Translations under genes and position numbers: made by a program
Part shown: piece by piece, positions 20,501 to 32,178 of the stretch
How positions within the stretch are numbered: position 1 is the stretch's first letter
Layout: every line of letters begins with the position of its first letter
Assembly (NCBI GenBank): GCA_965250285.1
Contig: OZ252299.1
Location: 448,001 to 512,000, forward strand
DNA from: Myxococcota bacterium
GTDB taxonomy: Bacteria > Myxococcota_A > UBA9160 > UBA4427
Reading direction: 5' to 3'
Length of the DNA stretch: 64,000 nt
The notes under the pieces: model-generated
What the model saw: only the letters and a program-made list of their open reading frames with translations
Databases searched by the model: none
What the model was told of the DNA's origin: nothing

Positions 20501-22692
20501 ATCGCACTGGGCCCCGCTCCAAGACCGGGCGTGATCGCGATGAGGACAGCGTCGACCGTGACCTCGATCAGACCATCGCCCGCACCTTGCCCGAGGAGCA
20601 GCGCTGATGTCTGATCTCGACACGACGCGCTGCAGGCGTCGCCTTCGAAGAGCCCCCCGTCGTCACACTCTTCGCTCGGGTCGAGTACCCCATCGCCGCA
20701 GACCTCAACCGAGCCAATGAGCGACGCCGTATAGGCCGCGCCTGCGTTTGCACCGTTCGCATCGAACGCTGGATCCGTCCATGCGAGCTCGCTCACCCCG
20801 TCGCCATCGAGATCGCCGAGTGCTGCGAGGCCCAATCCACGATCGCCACTGCCCGGTGTATCGAACACCTCGGTCGCGATGACGGTGCCGCCGGGCCCGG
20901 TGGACACGAGCATGAAGCCGTCCCGGGGTGCGAGCGAGCCCACGAAGTCGGAGAACCCATTGCCGTCGAGATCGCCGATCGACGCCAGAGAAGCGCCGAA
21001 TGCGTCGTTGGAAAGGAGCGGGATGCCGGGACCGGAGCAGGTGGGGCCGGTGCAATCGGTGCTGTACTTATAGGCAGCGTTGACGCCACCGCCCGTGTCG
21101 AGGAGCACGATGTACGATGCACCGCGGCTGGTGTCGGTCGGCGCACCGATCATCAGATCGGGTGTGCCATCGCCGTCGTAATCGCCGAGCTCGGCGGGTC
21201 GTGAGAAGCCGTCGTCGACCCCGGGTGTTTGACTGAATCCGAGGGTGAGAAACGCGGGCTCCGTGCCGTCGATGACGGTTGAAGAGCGGACCGTGCCGTC
21301 GCGACGCATGAAGAGGATGTGCACGACGCTGGGGTTCAGGAAGCCCAAGACCCCGTCGGCTCCCTGGCCCACCGCGATTTCGGTGACGCCGTCGCCGTCG
21401 ACGTCTCCGACGCGCGCGATCGCCTTGCCGAATCGGTCGTTCATTCCGAACGCTGCGGCGGGCAGGCCGCCCGAGCCGTTGGCGATCTTGATGTGCTCGC
21501 GGACCGTTCCGTTCGCATTCATGAAGAGGATGTAGACCGCGCCTGAATCGGAGAAGTCCGTATCGTCGCTGGGCGCACCGACGGCGAGATCGACCACGCC
21601 ATCTCCGTCGAGATCGCCGATGCCCGCCACTGCGCGGCCAAACTCGTCGTCATCGTCGAGTACGCTCGCGAGCCCGCCGATCCCGTTCGAGATCTTCGTC
21701 GTCGCGAGTACTTCGCCGACCGCATCCAGGTTGATGACGTAGATCGCGCCGCGATCGTTCTGGCCAGGAGCCGGGTCGTCGCCGGCCGCACCGATCACCA
21801 CATCGTCGAAGCCGTCACCGTCGAGGTCGCCGATCCCCGTCGCATCCGAGCCGAACTCGTCGCCGGCATCGAGGGGATTGCCGAAGTTGGCGACGTTGTT
21901 GATGATCTCGAACTCGGCACCGACGAAGACAGCGTCGGCAGGCTGTGAAAGTGCGAGGGCGCCGATGAAGACGAGGAGTCCGTTTGCAACTCTTGATCGG
22001 TGATGGCAGCGCGAAGAGCGGCGCACACGTGCGATGACCAAGAGCCCGAGCAGACCCGCTGTGAGCAGCGTGCCGAGCGTCGGTTCGGGTACCGCGACCG
22101 CGGGCTGGCTGCTCACCAGGACGGTTGGTTCTAGGCGGGCATCGACGCCGAGACTGTCACCGGCGATCACCCACAGCGCCCCGTCGGTGCCGGTGACATC
22201 GACCTGGAGCTCGCCGAGGTAGAGACTGCCCGGCGCCGGCGCGAAGTCGCCGCCGTCCAGGACATTGATTCGTGCGATCCGAATCGAGGTCGCACTCTCG
22301 CGATGTGAGCGCGTTTCGCCCGTAAGCTGGGTGTTGGGGACGAACTGCACGATCGAGAGGCCGCCGGTCGCCTCGATCCGCAGCTGAAAGCCGCAGACTT
22401 CATCTCCCAGCGCATCTTCGCAGACGATCTGATTTCCCGTCGTGAAAGTCGCTTCTGGACCGGTGTGCATTCGGAGCTGAAGTGGAACGAGGCCGGCCTC
22501 TGAAGACACGGTCGTCGGTGCGCCGGTATATGCGGCCCCGCCCAGATTGAGGTAGACGGTTGGGGGCGCGCCGGCCGACGCGTCGCCTTGGAGGAGCATG
22601 AGCCCCGTGAGCACCAGGAGCCCGAGCGATCGGAGCGGCCGACTCAGAGCGGTGCATCGGCACGATCTGAGGCTCGGTCGGCGATGGCCCAC
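8539..22692 (-). CDS. Giant (4717 aa) surface protein: FG-GAP/integrin-alpha propeller modules, Myxococcus Cys-rich repeats, TSP3 repeats, dockerin-like C-terminus, internal PEP-CTERM-like motif
   Basis: Uninterrupted ORF with dozens of '[20 protein letters not shown]' repeats, six 'CG(D/N)x…E.CD.G…D.CS..C' repeats, 'DGDGIGDVC'-type TSP3 repeats and an N-terminal signal peptide. Confidence 0.92.
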   Translation of the reverse strand: MGHRRPSLRSCRCTALSRPLRSLGLLVLTGLMLLQGDASAGAPPTVYLNLGGAAYTGAPTTVSSEAGLVPLQLRMHTGPEATFTTGNQIVCEDALGDEVCGFQLRIEATGGLSIVQFVPNTQLTGETRSHRESATSIRIARINVLDGGDFAPAPGSLYLGELQVDVTGTDGALWVIAGDSLGVDARLEPTVLVSSQPAVAVPEPTLGTLLTAGLLGLLVIARVRRSSRCHHRSRVANGLLVFIGALALSQPADAVFVGAEFEIINNVANFGNPLDAGDEFGSDATGIGDLDGDGFDDVVIGAAGDDPAPGQNDRGAIYVINLDAVGEVLATTKISNGIGGLASVLDDDDEFGRAVAGIGDLDGDGVVDLAVGAPSDDTDFSDSGAVYILFMNANGTVREHIKIANGSGGLPAAAFGMNDRFGKAIARVGDVDGDGVTEIAVGQGADGVLGFLNPSVVHILFMRRDGTVRSSTVIDGTEPAFLTLGFSQTPGVDDGFSRPAELGDYDGDGTPDLMIGAPTDTSRGASYIVLLDTGGGVNAAYKYSTDCTGPTCSGPGIPLLSNDAFGASLASIGDLDGNGFSDFVGSLAPRDGFMLVSTGPGGTVIATEVFDTPGSGDRGLGLAALGDLDGDGVSELAWTDPAFDANGANAGAAYTASLIGSVEVCGDGVLDPSEECDDGGLFEGDACSASCRDQTSALLLGQGAGDGLIEVTVDAVLIAITPGLGAGPSAIASALASAINNDPTLQNQGVAATTFGDRLYTDGVILAPESSDSGAEIVFALGDVVDEVRIADNAGGLGAVLEAGEAFASSVAWIGDVDGDGVDDLAVGSPLDDDAGVDRGLVRILFMNADGTVASETSIAEGIGGFATGVDIRRFGAGVAGMGDLDGNGVPDIAVGAPATADGFNEEGAVWLVYLAADGSVLDHLEISARGGGEGGFTGLLSPGVEFGAAVGSPGDIDGDGVPELVVGAPSSSTTGFLSGGAWLLFLEPSGMVRTSVDIGGFALPQVIPGDTAFGSSVVGVGDLNGDGVNDVAIGGPGRQFASASGTVWILFLDSSGNVSAEQRIGAGQGGFNGVVSNEGGFGSGLGRLGDIDGDGQLELAVGAERDSEAGAEAGAVYLISLSADGQATETRKITEANGGFVGSLADFDHFGRALAGLGDLDGDTLPSLAIGAPGDDGLDVDRGALWIVEVAGADGACGNGVLEPIEACDDGNPAALDGCSSTCRLEQQLDVFGQALGGGVVDVVVEGVQISIPTTAGDSGDQIAAALAAAISADPTLSAKGVSAANLGGTLVVGGILTDFADTDPGLILARPSGDASIPLLLELENLDLGVSANGDLFGGSVADLGDLDANGTTDVAIGAPQDGADDGAIWVVRRGPDGSPISSHKIVASIEPALADLDAASRFGTSVVAVGDVDGDGIPDVAVGSPDHSTIVDQDGRVHILFLNADGTVRDATPIGPGLGRFTAVVPPFFGFGSSAAGLGDIDGDGVPDLAVGLSGTVSTAIHILFLDRDGSIREYVEHIEDGGIESLANVGDFNRSNESTVDLALGRPGSNQVEVMFLKADGGREDPTDITFDLSSPSGAGFGSSITPLGDFTGNGRVDLAVGARTDSTNGSGTGQVWVLESDVNVEIVNNTLVITYPVVSLTPLPLFDAANGRLALGSEWLGAGLAISPDLDGDGAPELVAGAPLDGDDDRGSVWTAFLSSGFAECGNAILDAGETCDFGDADDRDGCSAFCQTEATVDLLGIGTGSGLVQLDIAGQVISIAPLLDESGESIAAALVDAVHADITLASRGVRATHFRERLYVSGGALTDAASTDPGVTALSAFGRVLEERKISNAGGLGGIIDATHEFGSAVALIGDVDGDGVDDLAVGQSQANDGQPNNGGLFVLFMNADGSVRSEIELVTGAPGFPAPFDHGTLGASLTGIGDLNRDGVPDLAVGAPFDGPGLGGSVWIYFLAPDGTVAGSAVIGEGLAGFGGNLDVGDEFGRSVAFLGDLDGDDRPELAIGAPGDDDDDAGAPQTGPDRGALWIVSLSQTGNVERESKLSNLTNNANDPNNCYPQTFRRTRFGESLAVIGDPDGGSRNLLAVGSTGALPGVSTGELPGLIAILELDSTGLCVERSSVRGYAHALASLGDLDGDGVPELADGGPFEDQGGTSRGALLIHSLGRDNFTPFGGTDPIEIADSNRERNIISTLFGRFAGPLADGDGFGASVASVGDLDGDGWPELAVGAPRADDGGQNESGAVWLLDIDGLGPACGNGILDAAEACDDGNTMSGDRCSATCQQEEWLVVDGAPTGGSASLLVDGVDISVSTFAGDTPDDVAARLAAAIVADGTLGVRGVEALADGNRLVVGGAVLESNGTTDPGLIGLDVGMIRSVVKLSDTRGELSGPGNPGGLLASDDRLGVSIDGADLDRDGVPDMIVGAYTTDDGFTDAGAIFIVLMNADGTVKSETKLSATSGNLGAVFAASGYSLGAGHFLGLGVAYLGDLDGPGPSAYAIAVGASGDAEGAVYILFMAADSSTVLSAMKLADGEGGIPANTLGAGDFFGHDVGAAGDIDGDGVGDLVVGAPFDDFYPTDGGAVWVVFLDRTGRARLDLAPQRVVAQFVNGGDQFGTVVEPLGDIDGDGRIEIASCAYTDEPPGFSNTGSIKIISLNPDGTAAKYFETIRPGQGGFPLGFVESDDRLCAGLTLLPDLDGDGDNEIAAGANRDDDGGGQAGAAYVLFLNPASTANPVTSVVKLGPQNPELAGEIDPDDRFGYGLTALPSLDGLGGPLLAVGAFYDDDGTGSNTGAVYLIELDGGTAVCGDGRIDPVEACDDGGNVEGDGCSSICEPETHLAISGLATGGTVNIALLGEPISIVTSPGDTGPDVASALASAIASDPVLGTKRLTAFASGETLVLSGVSVTSSSTTDSGLLGLELGTVTDIRKISDTSGGLSGPGDPGGLLTAFASFGRSTAGLGDIDGDGTTEVAVGLPAAGGSGSGQLRILSLATDGEIVRQLLLPSVESGFTGPIEIGDAFGGAVAALGDVDGDGIVDLGVGAVGDDGESGTNTRTGAVWVLFLQSSGPGDLSVRDHVLINADEGGLSEAIAAAGLTLDVSDRFGESIEAVGDLDRDGGLEIAVGAYGDADGATEAGAVYMLSLHGPGHPEVGSVESLVKYSATEGGFGGSLTTTDHFGDAIAYLGDIGHDGLVELAVAARNDDGAAPAGSNLGSIWMLSVDPETKQVVDEFRIGSGLGGFPDVLTSSTFFGLGLDRLGDLDGNGVTDLIAGAYNDDTAGTNRGAFWLLFLDELGRVMRSERITEGLGGFDASLLDGDSLGRWPASIGDLDGDGRREIVVGAFADDDGQTNAGAVYVMSVDGREALCGDGALDPTETCDDGNLLDGDGCSSACRGEESALFLGYPAGGSVDVRVDGVTVSVLARNGFGADQLARDAADAILADPTLQTRGVWADARPGGRLVVGGRLAVDAANEPGVTAARFSLQPEQTIVLLGGNAVGGRIEIIVDDVTIELDTSTGDSTFDVTAQIAAAINANPELQARDITASANVNVITVTAESFSIDVDDDPAIRVAAQFPGLQSALSEGVPIPRPKQVNQVSGTFVSLTLEADAGFGRSAVALDDLNGDGLVEVAVGAPGARDGRGAVFIVSPNGFGQIVSALDVEISDSSGGLTGAFDPGGLLSTTDRFGTAVASPGDLDGDGLSDLIVGAPRDVAGKGAVYVLFMEPDRTVRSFQRINDSDGSFAGSLDVGDRFGGALATPGDLDGDDVPDLLVGASGDDDGGPDQGAVWILYMNASGTVKSHAKLTGQDFPGDVGPFDALGFSVTSLGDLDRDGGADIAIAAPGDDATNASNAGAVYIVSLALDETVASYRKISSNQGLVFPVSRVLIPPDARIGTSLAFLPDADDATSRGTLAIGSELFPNPSCAPFEPTFLCPAPPPFEATGGLIFVPLDDDGSIRGASTVQNTRGSAVGTINPIDLGDWRSNGLGSAVAPLGDIDGDDVLDLFVGAAMGGPSGGSPPQGSGNGFIMLMQGADSTIFADAVVDVEGAVVDPTFALGAPTDDPEELAGAVAWQFPWAELPQGSRLTLQFVDNVIRGSGTNDPDFCVYVGTNGLSSDFLRPFSVEYSADGSNWFSGTMQEITGCAAAVDVDGDGHGFDATDAFRFVRLTGNDHSGLPARIDAIEALTTRSMVRDSDFDGLPDGLDNCAFLYNPSQVDGDSDGVGDVCDNCPLASNSDQLDEDGDGIGDVCENGFLNLEQIGDAADPAFRLTLTCPGSSPPTEIQTGIAIPPEYPGAPVFTEDATNVSLATVVPPPAPNPGARGDTLYLDLDLVACPPLAEINLGEVSLNPDPGGSLPDAYLTQQGVADVFPVPEPTDGGLITIVSYIASQSCGLACPPPPPGDLPPVDIRIGPAPGQDPIAATEYDVCFSYAEPLHRIAVGVALPDGYATSAETISLSGCDATPQDYGGGVDQRSCGAGSLPGVQTGLDVNGDPISFTVDPLDPASATAAGLLPDVFYIVLEGNLPWLLGGTTLGYGTDSALNCVGRITLSSPVSGTLSLTDGRVEELPYHDGVGVSLLAAVDQSALERAELTSFFNAAPDQDGDGIQNDGDRCIFEPDPTNADTGALLGTAPIVDGIGDACQCGDTDETGAVFGPPVEDDVDKLWDFVLGIDLDPAVADLGSVVGGPEIDIRDIAVLQRAVAGLGTPLRGVCAKAVPE
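12517..20700 (-). repeat. Six 27-aa Myxococcus cysteine-rich repeats at ~1.5-1.7 kb period marking tandem modules of the giant protein
   Basis: Repeats at 20620-20700, 19021-19101, 17485-17565, 15841-15921, 14197-14277 and 12517-12597; spacings 1599, 1536, 1644, 1644 and 1680 nt. Confidence 0.9.
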
Positions 22693-22739
22693 TCGGCTAA
22701 GTCTCGGCGATTCGATCGGCGGCGCTCCCGTGCAGTGTC

Positions 22740-24548
22740 ATGTCAGGCATCGCGGCCCGCAGCGCGACACCGCTCACTGTACCCGGATTGGCGCCCCACT
22801 TGTCTGAACTTGTCGTGATCAGTCTCTGCCGCTGGGCGCTCTCGTGCACACGACGGTGTGGGGTGGCGTCCGGGCTGGTGGCGACTCTCATGAGTTGCGC
22901 ATTTGCAAGCGGCGCCGACGCCCAGCCCCTGCCCAATCCGCGGGTTCTGCCGGGCAATGAGCAGCCCCCGGAACTCGAGCCCGCGCCCACGCCTCGGGCC
23001 CCTTCGCTGTTACCCCCGGCTCCATCTCCCGAGGGGGGCGCTGATCCGTTCTCCGATGTCCAGATTTTCGTCTGGGTCGATGCCATCGAGATTCGAGGGA
23101 ACACGGTTCTGCCGCCGCGCGTGCTCGTGCAAGAGACCCGGCCCTTCGTGGGAAGACGGGTTTCGAACGCCGATCTGCTCGATCTCCAGCGTCGGCTGAC
23201 ACGGCTCTATGTCTCGGCCGGCTATGTCACGTCGTTCGTGCGGATCCCAGATCAGGATCTCGGTGAAGGTGTCATTCGATTCGACGTCGTCGAGGGAAGG
23301 CTCGCCGAGACCCGAATCACCGGCCTGAAGACGCTCGCAGCTCGGTATGTCCAGGTGCGACTGGTCCCCGATCCCGATGCTCCGCTCGATGTTGCGAGCC
23401 TCGAGCGGAGGCTCGATGCGTTGCAGCTCGATCCCCGGATCGATTCGGTCCAGGCGCGGATCTCGGCCACGGCTCATCCAGGGTTTTCAGCACTCGAAGT
23501 TCACGTCGTCGAGTCTGATCGTTGGCGAGCGCAGCTCGTCGTGGCCAATGACCGCCCGCCCGCGATCGGCCAGACGAACGGGCGGATCGGCTTGGGCTAC
23601 TCGAACGTGAGCGGCTATGGCGACGACACTGTGGCCACGGGCGTGTTCAGCCAGGGGTTGAACGAGATCGCGGTGACGACCACGGTGCCGGTCAATCGAT
23701 TCGATACGTCGGTCGGCGCGCAAGGGCGATTCGTCGACAGCGAGATCGTGACATCGGTCTTCGCCGATGACGACATCGCGGCGCGCTTCTGGAGCGTCAG
23801 CTTGCTGTTGAAACAACCGATCGTCCAGACGACGAAACTGCAGTGGGATGTCGGGCTCGTCGGGGAGCTGCGGCAGACCACGAGTACGCTGGGCGGCGAG
23901 CCCTTCAACACGAGCCAGGCTTCGGTCGATGGCCGGCTGCGCGTTTCGGTGCTTCGATTCACGACAGACCTCGTCTATCGCGATCTCAGTCAAGTATTGG
24001 CTGTGCGCACCGTCCTCAGCGTGGGGCTACCGATTCTCGGCGCGTCCACGTCGGCGAACGGTGTCGACGATACGCGGTTCACGAGCTGGCTCGGTCAGAT
24101 GCAATGGGCTCGTCGGTTGCCATGGTGGCACGTGGAGGTGCTCTCGCGCTTCGATTGGCAGTTGGCTTGGGATCCGCTGCCGCCGATCGAGCGGTTCGCT
24201 GTCGGAGGCGTGCGCTCGGTGCGGGGCTACACCGAGAACCGCCTCGTTCGCGACAACGGCTTCAGCGCCACGTTCGAGACTCGGCTACCGGTGATTCGAA
24301 GCCCCGAGTTTGGGTCGAAGCTCTCGTTGGCGGCCTTCGTCGATGGCGGGCGGTCGTGGTCGCGGGATCGCGGGCCGACGGTTGGGCCGCAGAATCTCGC
24401 GGGCGCAGGTCTGGGGCTGCTCGCGTCTCCGACTTCATGGTTCGACGCGCGCTTGTACTGGGGCGCTCAGCTGATCTCAGTCGAGCAGAATCAGGCGGGG
24501 CTGCAGGGGCAGGGCGTGTACTTCTCGCTCACCATGCGGCGGGAGTGA
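22740..24548 (+). CDS. ShlB/FhaC/HecB family two-partner secretion outer-membrane translocator (TpsB, POTRA + Omp85 barrel)
   Basis: POTRA 'IEIRGNTVLP', 'LYVSAGYVTS', 'VVEGRL'; barrel loop motif 'GGVRSVRGY'; C-terminal 'GVYFSLT'. Start uncertain (could be ~22800-22889). Confidence 0.9.
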   Translation: MSGIAARSATPLTVPGLAPHLSELVVISLCRWALSCTRRCGVASGLVATLMSCAFASGADAQPLPNPRVLPGNEQPPELEPAPTPRAPSLLPPAPSPEGGADPFSDVQIFVWVDAIEIRGNTVLPPRVLVQETRPFVGRRVSNADLLDLQRRLTRLYVSAGYVTSFVRIPDQDLGEGVIRFDVVEGRLAETRITGLKTLAARYVQVRLVPDPDAPLDVASLERRLDALQLDPRIDSVQARISATAHPGFSALEVHVVESDRWRAQLVVANDRPPAIGQTNGRIGLGYSNVSGYGDDTVATGVFSQGLNEIAVTTTVPVNRFDTSVGAQGRFVDSEIVTSVFADDDIAARFWSVSLLLKQPIVQTTKLQWDVGLVGELRQTTSTLGGEPFNTSQASVDGRLRVSVLRFTTDLVYRDLSQVLAVRTVLSVGLPILGASTSANGVDDTRFTSWLGQMQWARRLPWWHVEVLSRFDWQLAWDPLPPIERFAVGGVRSVRGYTENRLVRDNGFSATFETRLPVIRSPEFGSKLSLAAFVDGGRSWSRDRGPTVGPQNLAGAGLGLLASPTSWFDARLYWGAQLISVEQNQAGLQGQGVYFSLTMRRE

Positions 24549-24607
24549 GCCTTTCATCGGGTGGCCTCTTGGCTCGGGGGGCAATGCCACGCTGATCAGT
24601 GCGGTGC

Positions 24608-28294
<3,687 letters not shown>

Positions 28295-28441
28295 GGTCGG
28301 GCTCCGTGGCGATGGGGTGCCGTGACGTCGGGGTCGATGCGCGTCGCGGCTGTCTGGGCGGCCGATGGCCACCGAGGGTAGGGGGCCGAGCGAGCGGACG
28401 CGGGCCACGCGCAACCCCCCGGATCGGCTCGCGAAGCGCGG

Positions 28442-28472
28442 AGCCTAACAGATTCATCAGGATATCTCAATG
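28442..28472 (-). promoter_or_regulatory. sigma70-type metH promoter with overlapping palindromic operator
   Basis: Minus strand TTGAGA (28470-28465), 17 nt ending in TGt, TAGGCT (28447-28442). Imperfect palindrome CATCAGGATATCTCAATG at 28455-28472. AT-rich patch in GC-rich DNA. Confidence 0.65.
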
Positions 28473-28803
28473 CAAGGATGTACAGATTGCCCCGAGGGGC
28501 CAATCGCCCGAGCCTCTGCGCCGCCGTCGCTGCGCTGCGTGTCCGCGTCGGTCCCGGGTCGCGTCGCCGGGTCGGCTCAATGAGCGGGGCCGATGGGAAC
28601 CATTCGGATCGCGACCCGCCCTCTGTGTTCGGTGCAGCGGTCTGCGATCGCCCCTCATCCGCGATGCGCATCCGCCCGGATGGGCCCCGTATCGGGTGGT
28701 TTGCGGCCATTCGGGAACCATCCGGATACCGCGCCGAGACGTCGATGGGATAAGGTGGGGCGATCGCCGCGCCCGTTCGACCCAGGCGATCCGGAGCCCG
28801 TCC

Positions 28804-31800
28804 CTGCGCGCCCAAGTCTCCTTCTTCCTTCTATTACTCTGTTTCTTCCTCTCCGGTCTCGCCGCGCTCATGTACGAGACGGCCTGGACCCGTGAGTTCG
28901 CGTTCGTCTTCGGGACGTCGGAGCTCGCGGTGTCGGCCGTGCTCGCCGCCTACATGACGGGGCTTGCGTCGGGGGCCGCGTTGGCGGCCCGCCTGGCGCC
29001 GCGGCTGACCCGGCCGGTCCTGGCCTACGGGCTGCTCGAGCTGGGGATCGCCCTCGGCGCGCTCGCCGTCCCCTTCGGCATTCGCGCGCTCACCGGCCTC
29101 TACACCGGCTGGCTCGGCGGCCTCGATGCGCCGCCCGAGACGATCGGTCTCGCCACCGCGCTCTTCCATCTCTTCGGTGCGTTCGTGGTGATGGTGCCGT
29201 GCACGGCGATGATGGGCGCGACGCTGCCGCTCCTCGCGCGGCATGCCGTCCGCAATGACGACGAGATCGGACCGCGGATCGGCATTCTCTACGGTGTGAA
29301 CACGGCCGGCGCCATCGGCGGCGCGCTGCTCGCGGCGTTCGTGCTGCTGCCGGCGCTCGGGCTGCGCCAGACGATCTACGTCGCCGCCGGCGTCAACTTT
29401 CTCGTCTTCGTCGCCGCGGCGCTCCTCGCGCGCACGGTTCCGGCCGTCGAGCCCGAGGTCGGATCGGTGGCACCCGAGTCGAGCGGCGCAGGGCGTTGGA
29501 TCCTGCCGCTCATGGCGGCGAGCGGGGCGATCTCGTTCGTCTACGAAGTGATGTGGGTGCGGCTGCTCGGCTTCTTGATGGGCGGGAGCACGGCGGCGTT
29601 CGCGACGATGCTCGCATCGTTCCTGGTCGGCATCGCCGGGGGCAGCGCAGTTGCGTCGCGGCTCGCCCGCACGCCACGTGCGGCGGCGGTCGGTTTCGTC
29701 GTAGTGCAGATGGGCGCGGCGATCTCGGCCCGGCTGGCGTTCGCGCTCGCAGATCGGCTCCCTCAGATCGCCACCACCTTCGGCGTATCGCCCGAACGCA
29801 TGGCTCCGGGTGCGCTCATGGCGATCTTCGTGCTCTTGCCCTTCACGCTGTGCATCGGCGCCACGTTCCCATTCGCCGTGCGCGTGCACGCCCAGCACGC
29901 CGACGATGCGGCGCCCGCGAGCGCGCGGGTCTACGCCTGGAACACGGTCGGCTCGGTGGTCGGGTCTGTGGCTGCGGGCTTCTGGCTCTTGCCGAGCTTC
30001 GGTTACGAAGGGACGGCTGCGCTGGGCGTGCTCGGCAACCTGACGCTGGCCGTCCTCTCTGTCTTCGCTTTCCTTGCGGCGCGAACGCGAGTCGTCGCGC
30101 TCGCCACGGCGGCGGTCGTCGCGCTCGTCGCGGTCGTCGTCTGGCCGCCGGCGACCCCCGCGCGCCTGATGCGCAGCTCACCTCTCTCGCTGCAGCCGCA
30201 CCCCGGCGAGCTGACGTTCCTCGGCGTCGGCCGATCGGCCACCGTCGCGCTGATCGATGCGGGACACAGCTGGCGGCTCACGACCAATGGCCTGCCCGAT
30301 GCCGTGATCAGCAGCTCGGCCGTGCCCTTCGACCGGCAGCGTCCCGCGCGATGGCTCACGCTCTTGCCGGCGATCATGCGACCGCACGCTCGCGATCTGC
30401 TGCTGATCGGTCTCGGCGGCGGCGGCTCGCTCGCGGCGATCACGCCCGGGCTCGAGCGCGTCGACGTGATCGAGCTCGAGCCCGAGGTCGTCGCCGCGAA
30501 CGCTTCGGTCGCCGACATTCGACGTGAAGCCGACCCCCTGGCCGATCCACGGGTGTCGCTCTACCTCGGTGATGCGCGCGGTGCGCTGATGCTGTCGAAT
30601 CGCACGTACGACGCCGTCGTGTCGCAGCCTTCACATCCGTGGACGTCGGGCGCATCGCACCTCTATACGCGCGACTTCTTCGAGCTCGTGCGCGAGCGGC
30701 TCGGCCCCGACGGCGTCTTCGTGCAGTGGATCGGTCTCGCGTTCGTCGACGACGAGCTCGTGCGCAGCCTGTTGGCGACGCTGCAGTCGGTCTTTCCATA
30801 CGTCGAGGCGTACCAGCCCGAGTCGACCGCGCTGCTCTTCGTGGCCTCGAAGGCGCCCCTCGATCCGCTGGCAACGGCGCAGGCGGCCATCGACGCGGGG
30901 CCCGAACCGTTCGCCGTCGTCGGTCTGCACGCGCCGCTCGATGTGGCCCTCGCCCGCGTGCTCGACGACGAAGGCACGCGCGCCGTCTCGTCGGGCGCTG
31001 AGTTGATCACCGACGATCACAATCGGCTCGCGTCTTCGGTGGGGCGGCTGCGCGAGTTCAGGCGCGGCCGGCGGCGGATCGATGCCATGCTCGAGCCGTA
31101 CGACCCGCTGCCGGCCGTCGCCGACACGTTCGACCTCGCGCTGCTCATGCGCGAGGTCGGCGCGCGGCGCCAGATCGCCCGGGGTGAGAAGCTGCTCGCC
31201 GGGTTAGACGAAGCCGATCGCGATCTCGGTCGCGGCTGGGCTCAACTCGAGAACCGACGCCGCTTCGAAGCGGCGCGGAGTTTTCGTCGTTCGCTGGCCC
31301 ATGATCCGAGCTCGAAGAACGCCATGCTCGGGCTCGCCATGCTGGGCGAGTCGGTGGAGTTCACCGAGGGATCTCTCACACCGCGCGAAGAGGCCGTGGT
31401 GGATGCCGTTCGCCTCGAAGCGGCCGGCGACGTCGCCGCGATCGCCCCCCTCGACGACGCGCTCGCCCGCTGGCAACCGGGAGAGCTGCTGTATCCCGAG
31501 GCCGCGCTCGCACGCGCGCATTGGCGTCTCGCCACGGGGGACACCGAGGATGCAGCGGCTGCGCTCGCCATCGTGGACGCGCTCCTGCATCGCCAGCGCA
31601 GCGGGGCAGCCTACCTGGCTCGAACCGAGGCGGCTCGGCGTACCGGCCAGTACGACGTCGCGTGGGTTTCGCTCGAGCGCCTGAGTGAGCTCGGATCGCG
31701 CAAAGCCGAGCGGTCGGACATGGCGAAAGGGATCGCGCTCGGTCGTGCGATGCCCAAGACCGAGCAGTCACCCAAGATCCTTCAGGCCCTTCATAAGAAG

Positions 31801-31824
31801 GCGGCGCAGTTCACGAGCGGTTGA
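28804..31824 (+). CDS. Fused multi-TM/spermidine-synthase-like (class I SAM-dependent transferase) protein with C-terminal TPR-like region
   Basis: 'FFLSGLAALMYETAWTR', 'MMGATLP', 'YGVNTAGA' membrane repeats; SAM-binding 'LLIGLGGGGS', 'VIELEPEV', 'GDAR', 'SQPSHPW'. Start uncertain (CTG 28804 after GGAG, or ATG 28870). Confidence 0.85.
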   Translation: MRAQVSFFLLLLCFFLSGLAALMYETAWTREFAFVFGTSELAVSAVLAAYMTGLASGAALAARLAPRLTRPVLAYGLLELGIALGALAVPFGIRALTGLYTGWLGGLDAPPETIGLATALFHLFGAFVVMVPCTAMMGATLPLLARHAVRNDDEIGPRIGILYGVNTAGAIGGALLAAFVLLPALGLRQTIYVAAGVNFLVFVAAALLARTVPAVEPEVGSVAPESSGAGRWILPLMAASGAISFVYEVMWVRLLGFLMGGSTAAFATMLASFLVGIAGGSAVASRLARTPRAAAVGFVVVQMGAAISARLAFALADRLPQIATTFGVSPERMAPGALMAIFVLLPFTLCIGATFPFAVRVHAQHADDAAPASARVYAWNTVGSVVGSVAAGFWLLPSFGYEGTAALGVLGNLTLAVLSVFAFLAARTRVVALATAAVVALVAVVVWPPATPARLMRSSPLSLQPHPGELTFLGVGRSATVALIDAGHSWRLTTNGLPDAVISSSAVPFDRQRPARWLTLLPAIMRPHARDLLLIGLGGGGSLAAITPGLERVDVIELEPEVVAANASVADIRREADPLADPRVSLYLGDARGALMLSNRTYDAVVSQPSHPWTSGASHLYTRDFFELVRERLGPDGVFVQWIGLAFVDDELVRSLLATLQSVFPYVEAYQPESTALLFVASKAPLDPLATAQAAIDAGPEPFAVVGLHAPLDVALARVLDDEGTRAVSSGAELITDDHNRLASSVGRLREFRRGRRRIDAMLEPYDPLPAVADTFDLALLMREVGARRQIARGEKLLAGLDEADRDLGRGWAQLENRRRFEAARSFRRSLAHDPSSKNAMLGLAMLGESVEFTEGSLTPREEAVVDAVRLEAAGDVAAIAPLDDALARWQPGELLYPEAALARAHWRLATGDTEDAAAALAIVDALLHRQRSGAAYLARTEAARRTGQYDVAWVSLERLSELGSRKAERSDMAKGIALGRAMPKTEQSPKILQALHKKAAQFTSG

Positions 31825-31861
31825 GCTCTTGGGCTGTGGCGAGGTCGAAGCTCGATCGGTC

Positions 31862-31954
31862 GCGACTCGGGCGCAGCGCGTCGTGGGTCAACCCGTCGCG
31901 ACGCGAGCGCAGCGCGTCGGTGGTTGAACCCCCTGCGACTCGGGCTCAGCGCGT
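31862..31954. repeat. Three ~20-nt direct repeats (GCGACTCGGGCGCAGCGCGT-like), REP-like
   Basis: Copies at 31862-31881, 31898-31917 and 31935-31954 (36-37 nt period) between convergent genes. Confidence 0.65.
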
Positions 31955-32070
31955 GGGGGCCCGATTCGCCGACGCCCGTCGCCGAGCGGTGAGTGCTCGA
32001 CTGCGCCGCCTTGGTTCGGCGCGATCTGCCTTGGCCCCGCAGACCGCGATCATGAGATTCGCACTGCCCC

Positions 32071-32110
32071 AAAAAAGAGACCGGGCGAACCCGCTTGGGT
32101 TCGCCCGGTC
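32071..32110 (-). terminator. Rho-independent terminator of the 32179-33507 gene
   Basis: Perfect 14-bp stem GACCGGGCGAACCC/GGGTTCGCCCGGTC with a 4-nt loop, followed on the minus strand by TCTTTTTT. Confidence 0.9.
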
Positions 32111-32178
32111 GGTGGAACATCGGCTGACGACGGTGGCGCCGTGCGGCGCTCAGCCATCGTCTCGTGCGACGGGGCCGA

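Noticed and set aside
3276..24548. Mobile element or genomic island status of the TPS/giant-protein locus
   Set aside because: Codon usage looks slightly less GC3-biased than metH by eye, but no integrase, transposase, tRNA or flanking direct repeat was seen; needs a computed composition profile.
28295..28440. SAM/SAH/cobalamin riboswitch in the metH leader
   Set aside because: GC-rich and able to form hairpins, but I could not find the conserved core motifs; needs an Infernal/Rfam search.
31862..31954. Mini CRISPR array
   Set aside because: Repeats are only ~20 nt and degenerate, spacers 16-17 nt and similar to each other, and no cas genes are in the window.
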